From assembly GCA_964057225.1 (NCBI GenBank), contig OZ059897.1, forward strand, positions 7,068,001 to 7,132,000: DNA of 64,000 bases, in the 5' to 3' direction. Source of the DNA: Auanema rhodensis. Taxonomy: Eukaryota > Animalia > Nematoda. Shown here in pieces: positions 26,376 through 39,500 of the stretch. Under the pieces are notes generated by a model. That model was not told the DNA's origin, ran no database searches, and saw only the letters and a program-made list of their open reading frames with translations. Position 1 is the stretch's first letter. Every line of letters starts with the position of its first letter. The translations under genes and the position numbers were made by a program.

Positions 26376-27584
26376 ATGTATGGTGGAAATAATGATCCAT
26401 TTAGCGGCATGTTTAGGTTTGAATAGTCTTGAAGTAATTTTAAGCAAGTAATTTATGCAGACAAATGCATCGTCAAGTCCAGGAGATGGACCGTATGATG
26501 GAGAACATGATGGATCCATTCGGTATGATGGATCCATTTAGTATGATGAGACGACAAGCTCTTCCTGTAAGCTTCTAAGACTTTGGCATCTTTTTTATCA
26601 TGCAATTTAAAGCAGGGATCTGCCATGCCGCATGCAAATCATCAGCAAGTTACCCCATTCGGATTTGGTGGCATGGGTGGATTTGGTGGAATGGCTGGCA
26701 TGGGTGGCATGGGTGGCATGGGCGGTTTCGGAGGAATATTCAATGCCATGGTGAGCTTGTTACTCTGTTTCTTCATAACTGTACTTATTGATTCGTAGAA
26801 TATGATGCAGCAGCAAGCTTTGTCTGACCCCAATTGCCATGTTTTCTCTCACCAAAGCACTATGACTTTTGATGGAAATGGCAGACCCAAGGTTGTTGAA
26901 AGAACGTTAAAGACCAATGGTGATACTAGAGAAGAAAGAAGGTTGGCACTTTCTTTTCTTCTTAATTTATGTGATAAGTTAAGGCGATACATTGATAATG
27001 ATAAAGTAGAGACGGCAGTTCATCAGTCAATCGGAGATAGAACTCATATAGTTGAAAAGAAAAGAGACAAAGATGGAAAAGTACGCCGCCAACAAAAGTT
27101 TATCAATCTTGACGAATGTAAAAAACAAATAACTAAAATTCTTGTTAGTTTCAATCTATTTTTAGCTAATGTTGATGACTTCGAGCGAGAATTCTCTCAA
27201 CGCTCTCAGGGAAGAGGAACCCAACGTGTTCGGTATTTTAAATTATTTCAATATTATTTTGTACCTTTGAAAATTTGTTAGCTCTAATGGACCAGCTATT
27301 TGTTCTGCTGAAGAGGAATTCTCTGTTGCTCCTAGAAGTTCACGATTTGGCCAAAACGGTTATGCCGCAGGCCCTCGTGAAAATGCCCCAATCATAACCT
27401 TGCCAGAAGAAGACGAGTAAGTTTTTAATTATTGATTTATACAGGTGTTTACTTTAGAACTCCATCTGAGAGATATTCTAATGATCGTAATGGACCCGTT
27501 ATAAGAGAAATTAGTGAAGAGGAAGCTGAATCTAGTATTCCAAAAAGAAGACGTGGATTGAATGGATATGCTTCTGAAAACTAG
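26376..27584 (+). CDS. Myeloid leukemia factor (MLF) family protein
   Basis: Met/Gly/Phe-rich N-terminus (DPFSGMF, MMDPFGMMDPFSMM, GGMGGFGG), then SDPNCHVFSHQSTMTF...TREERR...HQSIGDRTHIVEKKRDKDGKVRRQQKFINLDE...DDFEREF, matching the MLF domain pattern. Divergent from the sirtuin. Confidence 0.85.
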
Positions 27585-27763
27585 ACGATCCTGAATTATT
27601 GGAGTCTTGTATAAAAATGTAAGAAAAAAAAGCTTGACTGGAATTGTTCAGCTATAAACTCTATTTTCCAATAAAACCCCTTTCGAATAGAATCAAAATT
27701 TTTTTAGCCGTAAGTATTTTATAACAACAAACAACAACAAAAATAACAAATAACAAGTAATTT

Positions 27764-30529
27764 CTATTCATCATCGCTCCAGGAGCCTAAGTCATTAACT
27801 TGATCAGGAACTGTAGCATCTGCTTTAGAAGCTGCAGGGCCAATTTTAACCTTCTTCCTTTTGGGCTTTACCACTTTGTCCTTAATATATTTATGAAGAC
27901 CTAGTTGTTTTCTGTTTAACTCACGTCAGCCACAACTACTTTTTCTACTGGCTTCTTCTTGTCCTTCTTAGTCACTTCTTTTTCCTAAAATGTTGAATAT
28001 TTAAGTATGTCGTTGTTATACCTTACCTTGTCTTGTGATGCTTGTTTCATCTTCCATACTTTCTCCCATTGCCTATAATAGGCACGTAATGGAGAGTCAG
28101 GGTTGTTCAAGTTGAATTTGAGCGCTCTCTGTAGATTATTGTTTTGAAATGTAATTTATATTGAATAAAACATACCACATTCATTTCATCAGATAAGTGA
28201 ACATCTTTACTTGAAACAACTTCCGTCACAAACTTTGAGTGTGCTTCAAATTTTTCAGTCAAGCCTTTGAACAATCGAGCAGCATCATTAGAGCGAACAG
28301 ATTTTGTAAAATGTCTCATCTGGAATAGCAAAGCTCATTATTTTTCACAAATTTTGTAAAGATGATGCATACCTGGGATATGATGGGCAAAATCAAGTCA
28401 GCAAAGGCTGGTTGATTACATAGAATATGGGAGGCCTATTGAATTATTATATTATATTAATTTATAAATATGAAGTGAACCAAATGCTCACCTGAAGTAT
28501 TAATCTAAATAAATGTTGACATAAATCGTTTCTGGCTATGGGATCTTCAATTTGTTGACTATTAATCTGCAATTCAAAAAATAAGTAAAGTTATGGCAAA
28601 AAATAAAACCTTGAGTACACAGGATAGATCTTTATGCTGTACTTTAACTTTGGACGTCTTAGGTTTTCTACGTAAAATCACTTCCAGGAAATCCAAAAGC
28701 TAACATATCAATGTTGATTAGCAAATATAAAATAATGGAAAAATACCTCACAGGATAGAGCTACTGTTGGTATAAAAGCCGTGCAATTGGCTTGAAGTTG
28801 GATGAGCATAGATAAACAATGGAATCGGAGAGGTAAAAATCTTTGAGATGGATACAATCTGTAAATACAAACATTGAAAATCATGCCCCTAAACTATATT
28901 CACTTGGAAACTCCAATTATAACCTGGGTTAAAGGATAGACAAGCTCACAAATGGATTCAGCTCCGTTAACTTCGTGGGCTTTTGAAATAACACGGACCC
29001 ACAAGTACAAACACTGAATCAATTGCCAGTTATACACTGTTTGAACCAAATCCTAAAACATATACATACATCAAGAATGAAAGAAATAAGAAACCTTTCT
29101 CTTTTTTGAAATTATGGCATTTCTTAAGTGAATAGCTGTTTGTCTGATATAAACGAAGGCATACGGATAGGCAACATCGGGAGAGACTAAAGTTAAATCA
29201 GCAAATGTTCTGAACAGAAAAAATATAATAAGATATGATTGTAAATAGCAATTACCTATGCATGAATTGCAACAGAGGCCACGTTTCTTCGCTTACCTCT
29301 CTTGCATTTGATACAAAGCCAAGATAGCATGACTAAAAACATGAAAATATTAAGAATTAGACATCATTATCAACCTTGTAAATGTGAGGAAAATTGTCAG
29401 TGCTCTGCTTGGCCAATTTGCTCAAAGCAATATAGGCAGCAACTCTACATTCAATTGTCTTACGTGACCACACTCGGACTAATGTCTAAAAAGTAAAATA
29501 TTAAGCAGAAGCGGACCGAAAACAAAAACCTTAATCAACTTCCTGACAAGCTTTGAGAAAAATTGATAAAGTCCAAGCATGCGAATTATCGCCTTTACTG
29601 TTGAAATAATGACAACATCAGTTTGGATTTCATTTAAAAACTAAATTTTCATAAAAATAATAATTTAGAAATCAGGCACTTACGGTCAAAACACTCTCCA
29701 AAAAAACTTTGATAGTAGTTTTAAATTTTTTGAAATTCCTTGTATTTCTTTTTTTTACATCCACACTTTCGGAATCTTCTGAAGGCTCAATGTGAATAAC
29801 TTTGTTGAAATAATCTCCTAAAGTTTGGAACACAAGCCGTACTGTTACTTCGAAAAGAGACTGAAAATACAATAATAGACATTTTATAAAGAAAAATAAC
29901 TTACTTGTTCGTTAATAACATATTTAGGTACATCAATATCTGCTCCAACTCGAGCAACACAAGCTAGAAAAGCTTCAACGGCAAGTTTAACATCAGCGGT
30001 TTCAGGCTTACGAGCCTAAAAAAAATTCTTTAAAGATATTCAATACCTAATTCCCACCTTCTTAGGATCTTCAGGATCAAAGACAGACTGCAAGTAACTG
30101 AATAGGTTACCATCGAAAATTAATCTTCCAGATGAATCTTTCTTAGCTTTTGGTATTCTAGATTTTTCTGAAAGTTTTATGTTAAGTGACTTTTTGATTT
30201 AATTTAGAAATAAAAAATTTCAAAGCACATTTGCAATTACTATTTCTGCTGTAACACTTACTAGATTCGTCTTCATCTTCAGACTCTTCTTCTTCATCTT
30301 CTTGCTCTTCATCTGACTCCTGGAACTCAAGAAGATCGGGATCTTCTTCTTGTAAGAACTTGAAGAAATCAGGATCTTGAGCTTTTAATCTGAATTTGAA
30401 TGGTTATACAGAACGAAATCATTATGGTTTTAACTTTGCTAAATCTGATTTGTGTTTCTTTCCAGTAATTTCTGGTTCATGATCCATTTCAGGAGCAGAG
30501 TCTTCTTGTTCGACGTCCGACATTGACAT
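27764..30529 (-). CDS. pro-2: Nucleolar complex protein 2 (NOC2L / C. elegans pro-2), multi-exon
   Basis: LKAQDPDFFKFLQEEDPDLLEF plus an acidic tract; YPYAFVYIRQTAIHLRNAIISK; VQTVYNWQLIQCLYLWVRVI; RLYPSQRFLPLRFHCLSML; ends LGSWSDDE*. The start is placed at the ATG after a TTTACAG acceptor. Confidence 0.93.
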
Positions 30530-31876
30530 TTCTGTAAATATTCAAAATTGTGAGTTCTAAAAATAAAAAAACAGGCTGTTTCGGTTCCGGAACCGGTTTT
30601 TATAAAGGGATATAAGAATGCACAGTAGATATAAACATCGTTTTTCAACGAATTAAAGATATCATATAAAATACATTAAATAACAATTTATTAATTTGGA
30701 CCACTAAAAAATTAAAATTATCCTCTTCTTTCCCATAAGCTCGAAGCTTTGTTATAACACACTATTCTTACTTTCCGTTTGGATGGTTTGCCGACCTTGG
30801 TCTTCTTTTTGAGAAAACGTTTTTTACAGGCTTCTGTAATAGTATACATTATTACTTTATATTATTCAATAACTATTACGAGGTCTCAATAAAAATATAT
30901 CAAACGAATTTCTAGTTTTTCACTCTTTTGATAAGGGTCAGGTGGTTTCTAACATATATTCAAATAAGCAAGAAGATCTTCTGTTCTCATTTCATTTCAC
31001 TCAAAAAGGATAATCCAAAAGAAGATTCGATATTCGGGGTAAAGGACATGAATTGTTCCGGACGTTTACGCGACCTAGATACGGGTAGCACATTGATTGC
31101 AAGATCAGAACGGGTAAGGGAGTACAGCCATCACTGAGAATAAAGAAGACATTTTCTATTCAATTCTAAAGAGAACTGACATTTCTCTTAAACATTATTT
31201 CAACATTTAAATGCTGCCAGAACTTCAAAAATAAAGGTAAGAGTTTCAAAATTTTCAAATGCCAAAAATTTAATTCCGCAAAATTACGTCTTTTCGAAGT
31301 ACACACGCAAAAATACTAATTCACACTCTCATCACTGGTACACCACGATATATTAAAATTTCCTTGGAAAGAAGAGATTTGAAGTTTTTCTGAAAATTTC
31401 CAAACTTGGTGAACTGAATTTTGTCAAAGTTTTCAGTTCCGTTGAAATAAATAGATTCTATAAGTTTAAAGTTAATCGATCCAGCCACAAGCTTAAATTG
31501 ATTTAAAGATATCATTCCGTATACTAATAATAAGGCGCATTTCTTTCAATCTTTCAAACTGAATTTGTTCAAAAACCTTGTACGTATTAGCATAGAGTTT
31601 TAGCTTATTATTGATAAATTTATCCACTCAATAACTATTGATCTTAAATATTTTGTAGCTTTCGGTCTGTTCGAAAATTCAAACCTGATGTGCTTTCATA
31701 AAATAGATGATATCCCAGAAATGAAAGAAAACTAAAACATACAAGTTTCTTAAGTTTGCGGGTGTACATTGCAAAGACATATCTTCGCGGAAATAAATTA
31801 CTGCCTACGGTGAAACATGAAATCTTACAAGTTAAAAAAGATATAACAAAAAATGATATCTTTCAGCTATTCGAAA

Positions 31877-32146
31877 ATGTTCACAGAATTAACTACTATG
31901 CAACATATTGTTGTGTCAATAGTTTTACATGTGGTAGGAATGAGTGCTGGAATATTTGTATGGCATCTATTTCCTCGAAATGTAAGTTTCCAATTCCTTA
32001 CAACTATTCTGAATTTTATGCAGCCTACGCGATACATAACTAAAATGCCCATGAGGAGATTATCACTGACTGTGACAACCGAAGATGAAACAAGAAAAGA
32101 GAATGTATACCTCTCACAACCAACAGGTATCCGAAACTATGGATAA
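31877..32146 (+). CDS. Two-exon orphan transmembrane microprotein (75 aa)
   Basis: TTTCAG 10 nt before the ATG; hydrophobic IVVSIVLHVVGMSAGIFVWHLF; 42-nt GTAAGT...ATGCAG intron (31982-32023); second exon PTRYITKMPMRRLSLTVTTEDE...NYG*. Confidence 0.6.
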   Translation: MFTELTTMQHIVVSIVLHVVGMSAGIFVWHLFPRNVSFQFLTTILNFMQPTRYITKMPMRRLSLTVTTEDETRKENVYLSQPTGIRNYG

Positions 32147-32286
32147 GTCTATTCATTTCGAAAACAAGAAAACAAAATCAACTATTATTCCATAATGTAC
32201 GAATAATTCATATCACACGTAAGACTTTAATAAAGAACTATAAACATTTTAATATTTTCAACGTTAGAACTAAGAGATCAGATAAT

Positions 32287-35200
32287 TTAAACACGAACAC
32301 CGGATAAACTCAATAATTCGTCCATGGACACAGGCCTCCAAATGAAAGTGGTAAGATCAAGAACATAAACTAATCCTTGATCTATGTAAATTGAAAGAGG
32401 GCCGAACCAGAAAACCTAAACAAAAATATTTTACATAACGGGTAAAAAAAGTTACATACTTGTCTTCCGTCTTTAAACCTGTCATTTTGGGGGATGTATG
32501 TTAGATCATGTCTGCGGGCCAACATTTCAATCATTTCCTTGAATGATAATGATTGTGTTGTAGGTCTTTGAGGAATAGGTGCTCTGAAATAGTTGATATA
32601 TTAGATTAAAAGGTAAAAAAAATACATTGGCTGAGGAAGCTGAGGTTCAACATTAGGCAACTTCGAAACTTTAAGTCCTTTCTCTGATTCAGCTATGGCT
32701 ACCATTGCTCTCCGGAGATTTTCTAACAAAACTTCAATTTAGTAACTTGTTTCATTTCAAATAAAAACCTTTAATTGTAGGGAAAGACATTAAAGATGGA
32801 GGAATACGTCCACACCATTCCATATACCATCGTTTGACTTCTTTCATATCAGCTGAACCTGAGTCTAACCAAGAACAGAGAAGATCGTACCACTGAAATT
32901 TTTTTCATAAGATTTCGAGAATAAATTAGCATCTCACTCTTGAGAAAAAAGCTCTGTTTATAACATTAACGATTGTATCGGGACAAATTATTTCAAGCCA
33001 AGCAATTACGGCTTTCCATTCAAGATAATGAATATTCTCACGAGGATCCAAATTCATTTTTGAAAGACACTCTTCCAACTGTAAATATAATAATCAAACT
33101 ATGTGATGCATAAAGTGGACAAACCTTAGGAACAACAAATCGTGCAACAAAAGAAGCCATCGTAGTCGGGACCCAAACTTTAACCCAAGGAATGAGCATA
33201 GCAATCGCACTTTCGTCATTTGCGCTCCACCTACGTTGCAGAATCTCTCCAAGTTTTTGACGAATGCTTCTAATTATAGGTTGTAAGCGGTCTCCTAATA
33301 CTTCTAGCCAAGGTATAATCCAGGAATGAATGGGAATATCATCTTGTGTAGGATCCCATTGATTAACCGCATTACCAATTCTTGGAATTATAACCTAGAC
33401 AGATGAAATATAATTTTGGTAGTGATAAAAATAGAACCTGCTCAAGAATATTCTCTTTCATCCAACCTGGTAACAATGGAAGCCAAACTTCAATCATTTT
33501 TAACATTTCTTCAACTTGTATCCTTGGATCCCAACGAAGAGCAGCTGATCGAACTGAAGGAATCCATCCTTCCCACAAAAGACGGTCAAAAGCAGATAAC
33601 TGATCTTCAAAGAATAATAAATACGGAAGCTATTTAAAATATATTACCGAAAGATTGAACATTAGAGGAGAATATACCCCTATCTTCTTTTTCAACCAAA
33701 ATTTCCTTCCACTCTTTCATAAGATCAATACCAAATATCAAATGATCGGGATCCAAAGGACGCCATTTTGAAAAATATTCTTTGATCTAAACATAAATTA
33801 CACAAATTCAGGATTTATAAATATGACGAATATACCTGAGGTAATACACAAGCAATAGCAATAGTATCCAAGCCGAATAGTTTGTATTCTTCTCGATAAT
33901 CAGAACGTAATGTCATGAATAAGCTTTGACACTCGTTAATAGTTGGTGTATTTTTTCCCTTTCTCTCGGAAAATCTAGTGATATAACATAAATAAACAAA
34001 AATAAAATAAAACAAATTACTTGTAAACCAGATCATAAACTTCTTTCAAACGATTATTTTCTTTCTCTTCACGATCAATTTCAATATTCAATCGTTGCAT
34101 ATCATATTGAAGAGCAGTTTGTTCATCCTAAAATTAGTCGATTGGATACTACAAATTTATATCCAAAGTTACCTGAAGTGTCCGGATTTGGGATCCATTT
34201 TTCCTGATTCCATCTTCAGTTAAATCCAGAAGTAAATTAATATTATATCTAAGTTCAGGTATATCAAAACATGTTCGTTCGTCATCATCACCTTCTTCGA
34301 CCTCTCTACAACGGTAAATGTTTTTACAAAAACTAATATAACTTGAAATACCTGGTTCTATTTGTAAAAGAGTCATATCCACTGTAAACTTTTTGTTCTT
34401 TTCCAGTCATATCAATAACCTGAATATATATCGTATAACGTATAAAACATGCTGATGGAATACTTTCTCTCTTAAAACTCCCTTTGATGGCTTCATTCCC
34501 GCATTTGCTCCTTCTTTCATGACTTCATCAAGAGTCTTATACTTGACTTTAGCCTAAAAAACCAAAACATAGAAACTTGAAAACTTTAAGAAATGAAATT
34601 ACCGCAGATGACTTCTTCCATCCACCCTTAACCCTAGGTTGCGAATCATCTACCTGGGGTCCTCCAGTTTCATTCTCTTCCGCCATTCGTTTTTGAGCTT
34701 CAGCTGCACTCTCTAAAGATAATTAGCATGGTAGATTTGAGATTCACAAAAAAAGCGTACCTCCGAACTTAGGACCTGTTGATTCTTTTCCGTAAGCTCC
34801 AACAGCTCCGCGACCTGCCCGAACAGCTGCTTGTACCGGTTCTACAATACCTTGACCAGAAACTCCAAGACCTTCTCCCTCTTTGTAACCCATTTTCTGG
34901 AGCGAGTAAGCATTTATTCAACAGTGGCAAGTCTTGATACCTTCATCATTTGCAAGACAACATTTCCTTTACCAAATTTAGCCCAATCTGCGAACTTATT
35001 CGCATCAACAGCTCCTCTAGTAGCGGACGTTCTCATACCTATAAATCAATTATGAAGAGCAGAAGCAATTTTTAAAAATACCAGCAAATACATTAGCTCC
35101 CGACGGTTTAGTCTGCTTCTTAGGAGGAGGTCTTGCCGCAGGTTCTTCTTGATATTCAGACTGAAAAAAGATCATATTTTTTTAGAGCTTAGCAAATTAC

Positions 35201-35634
35201 CTTATTTGTTGGTTCAACGGTATTTCCAATTTTAACTCCTCCGCTTACAAAGTTAACAGGGCCTGAATAATTAGGTTTTCTTTTGAAATCTCGTTTCCCC
35301 CTTAAAAAACACTTTAATAACCAACAAAAAAAAATGAAAACCCACTTTCCCTTTGTAGTTATCAAATCATCGTCATCATCGCTCTCTTGTTCGTTTGCTG
35401 CCCAAATACCTAAACATAAAAATCATGCCAATTGAAAGTAAGGCATTAAACATTAAGATATTGATCAAATTTCAGTTATAATTGTAAAGTAATTTCATTT
35501 GAGTTGCCAGAAGAATATCTCACCCCACCATATATAGCTTGATTCTTGCTCTGAAAATGCCTTCTAGCACCAGGATTCATCGCCCTCTCGAAATCTTCAT
35601 CGTCAACGTCAAAACTCTCGAAGCCATCGTCCAT
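32287..35634 (-). CDS. stip-1: Tuftelin-interacting protein 11 / STIP (G-patch spliceosome disassembly factor)
   Basis: [21 protein letters not shown]...QAIYG; G-patch [36 protein letters not shown]; [15 protein letters not shown]; [13 protein letters not shown]; [18 protein letters not shown]; C-terminal [10 protein letters not shown]. Confidence 0.95.
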
Positions 35635-35804
35635 TTTCAATTCTGAAAGTTTTGAATGTAATAAACAGAAAATTGATATGGAGAAACATATACATGTTTT
35701 GAAGAAATGTATCTTATTTAGAAAACAAATGGCTTAGCATTATTCAATCTAATAAAGTGGAAACGTTTCCAAGTTCATTTTTTAATTTTTCGAATGTGGA
35801 ATTT

Positions 35805-35935
35805 ACACCATAAATGCGTCAGTGTGTGCGCGAAAGACGTCTATGACGCGCGACACGTGATTGCGACAACAGCGACATCGCGAAAACTGGCGACTAACGG
35901 ATGCCCCGTTTCAGTATTCGCGCAATTTTACGTTA
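35805..35935. promoter_or_regulatory. Bidirectional promoter between stip-1 and flcn-1
   Basis: Sharp CpG-rich island between two divergent ATGs, with an E-box CACGTG (35854-35859) and several CGCG sites. Confidence 0.6.
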
Positions 35936-36534
35936 TTTCTTCAAATAATTAGTCGCAGATAATTTTTTATTAAAAGGAAAAAAATATAATTTGCGTATCA
36001 TGCTACTTATTTCAAAAACTACCGTTTTATATATATATTTTTGTTTTATAATCTACCCTGGCTGTTTTATCATTAATTTCCTATAGTTATTGATATGATA
36101 CAAAAAAGCGAAACTTTAATTTTATGCATTAATTAATTATTCCTCTTGTACTCCGAAATTTTTAAAAACAAATTTTTAATATTTTTATAAAGATAAGTAT
36201 TGCTTTGCCCTGATATTTACAAAAATGAGTGAACAAACTTATTTATTCATTGATGAAATTTGCTTATATGTGCATTTTGATTATATAATTTTTATTCAAT
36301 TATATTCTGTTTATAATAACAATTTAAACATAAATTTACTTTTTATTTAATTTGAAAATTTATTTATGCGCACGCCTGAGTTCATTTTCAAAAGTGCGTC
36401 TTAAGTAGGTGGTCGTTCTTTTGGCTCCCTTGTTTTTAGCTCTATAATTTTTTTCTTTGAAATGTATATGAAATTGTATAAATATAAATTTATTTTTTTA
36501 CAGGACACATAGGCAAAGATTCTGTCGATGAGAT

Positions 36535-39500
36535 ATGCAGGCTGTAATAGCTTTGTGCCATTTTTGCGAAGATCATGGACCTCGTGTACTCGTTACATGT
36601 CAACCAATGCGGAATATTCCTGCAGTCTACCCCAATCCTAGTCCTCCTGCCGAGAAGTTAGAGGTATACCATATTGTGCTGATTTAAAACTAATACATAT
36701 TTTTTAGCTCTCTCCTAGTTCAAATCATGATAGGAATCGACGGATACAACGAGATTCTATAGTGAAGGAACCAGACAAGGAAATACCGATATTCTATGGT
36801 GATTGTACCCGTGCAGTATATGATACAGAAGAAAGGTATTCAAACGACAGCAAGTGATTTAATAAGATTTCGCGTTTAGGTGCAACGCATGTACTTCATA
36901 TGGAAATGGGCCTTGTTTATTATCTAATGATCACGAAAATAAAACAACATATATTAGTTCACAGGTAAATTATTCTATTTTAGCGGTTCTAATTTTTATT
37001 TGAAGGTGGCTTTAAAAGAGCAAGTTTATGATCGTGTTAAGAATGCTTGCATAAGGTCGCTAAGTTGTGAGATTACGAAACCAGCGCCAGAAACTATTAG
37101 TAATGCTACTCAGCGTAAGTAAAAATATTTCAAATTAATATATCTGAAAAATTTAGCTATGAGAATTGGTGGAGCTGCTTCTCCTGAAACAGAAGTCCTA
37201 GACATTGAAAATGTTAAGAAAAAAGACGGGTATACAATTTAATCTCGTAATATCTCTTTATTGGAACGTGTTCAGGTATCTTATGTTTGGTGATTCAGAT
37301 ACGGGCTACTGTTTATCATATGCCTTTAGGTAATTGTTCAATATTGAATATCAAGCACAATATAAATAATTTCAGATTACAAGATGCTAAAGCTCGTGGA
37401 TTTTTAAGATTGTTCTCTTTACTTATTATGACTCAAGATATGGCTTCTATGACAACCAACCATGACTTTTTTTTAGAAGCTTTGAGGATAATGAAAGACA
37501 AACTGCAGGTAGATTGAGTGGGAAAATGTTGAAAACATCATGTTTCAGGGATTGACTGCTTCCCATTATCAGACAGAAATGAAAGAAATGGATGCAGTTG
37601 CTCGTCCTGATCATGCAAGCATGAGTTGTCGATTGCCTCAGCAGCAACTTTTCATCCAACGAAAGGTAATTTACAACTTCTGCTGAATGAATCTATAGTT
37701 TCTTTAGATAATCATTGACACAAACCGCAACCTGCAAACGATAACTGGAAATGATAACATATGGTGTTTGTTACATAAGTGAGTTCATACTTTAAAAATA
37801 AGTCTTACCATTTCATATTCTTTTTGCTACGATTTGCGCGCTTACGGGGGCTAGGCCAATTCTTCTATTCTTTCATTTTCTGTTTTCTTTTTACTCGACC
37901 GATTTTTCTCTTCGCTATTCTGTGCGGAAGGAGATCGGGGGCTTCTTACTGCCAAGTGTTTGTTAGTGAGGTTGAGAACAGTAGGGTATCGCATTCGTGC
38001 AGATGAAATGTTGAGAGACGGAGAGCAAGTATTGCATACTCTCTTTCTTTATTTCTAATCCTTTCACCACCAGTCCTTGACTGATATTTCGAACTGTAAA
38101 TTAATTTTGAATAATACCCCAAGCCTTTTTATTCATATAAATTTTTATTCATGTGTAGTAAAGTACTAAAACACTCCCAGAGAATACACTCTTGGTGTGA
38201 ACAGCTTCATTCCCTTATCAGTTTCATCCATTTACCGTTATAATCTTGTTTGAATAAGCTGTTGTTTACTCAAGAATGCAAAGGATTTTGATTTTGAGAT
38301 TTAACTATACCTTAACCTCTAATCGTATGGATCGTTCAAATAATTAGAAGATGTGAAGCAGGAAAATTCAAGGTCAGAGAAATGTGATTGGTGAGTATTC
38401 AGTATTTTCGGTCATCTTACTTAGCGCCGGAGGTCATTCAATCCTTTTCTTTGTTGAAACGATCTCTATGATTCCAAGATGTTTACAATTATATACTCGA
38501 TATGATGTTTGTAAACAATCCGATCATCATATTTTGTATTCTCAACTATGTTTTCTTGTAATACTGTTATTGTTTTCACCTCGATTAGTTGAGTAAGAAT
38601 ATTACAACTACAATTCTTTGTGAGTCGTGCTATATCTACAGTGGTGCAAATCTTCTAAGCAGCCCTTCAGTTTGCAGGTGCTAGATGAATAGGCATACTG
38701 TTTGTAGCGTATGTATCATCTTCCCTCGTGTTCGATGCATAATAAAAAGAGTTTGTAAGAAGTATCCTGTTCCATTCTTTTAGATCTAGCGCGAGAGAAT
38801 TAAAATGCACTGCGGAAAATTTTCTTTATGGACAGAATGTCTACTATTTTTGAGCCGTGTCTGCTAGGGTCCGCAAAGAAGCTCGACAAACAAGTCGAAT
38901 ATTGCCTGCTCAAAGTGACTCTACATTATCTAAAGTTCCCTTTGAGGTGTATGAGAGTCCTCGAACAAACGACTATGAAAATTGTAGAAATGTTTATTAT
39001 TTCATCTATTTTCCAATTTTACTCCATTTGTGTTGTACTTAAAATGTTTTGCCAAAACTAAATTGTATAAAGACACGAGCAAAAATACTGCAGTTGCTAG
39101 CATAAGCAAATGAAGAGCAGATTGTTCATATCACATCTGCTTTTTACGCCTAATGAAATGTAGCAGTATAGGAAGAAGTGTTAAAATACGAAGCTAGGTC
39201 TAGAACATTCGGTGGGCTCGAGTGTTCTGTGATTGCGACTTGAAAGGTAGTAGTCACTCATCGTGGTGATATCGATGCGGTTGGCTTGGCGCCTGCCCTC
39301 CGTGAATCGGACGACGACTATAAGGCAGGGCCATCGATTGTGCCAGTCCCGAGGCTGTCGTTAGGATTGCTTATGAAATAAGCGACTTAGTTTCAACAGC
39401 ATCCCATAGCAGTCTTGGCCGTGGAATAACAATTCTTTCTATATATCCATCCATGCCTATATATACTTTAAATATATTTATAATACTTGTTTTTATGTAT

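Noticed and set aside
26642-26833. Pro/Met-rich minus-strand ORF and Trp/His-rich alternative frame
   Set aside because: These are shadows of the GGMGG repeat in the MLF coding exon.
30772-30849. Lys-rich mini exon (MYTITEACKKRFLKKKTKVGKPSKRK) as the NOC2 first exon
   Set aside because: Its phase-0 donor is incompatible with the acceptor before ATG 30529, and I found no bridging exon. It is not excluded without RNA data.
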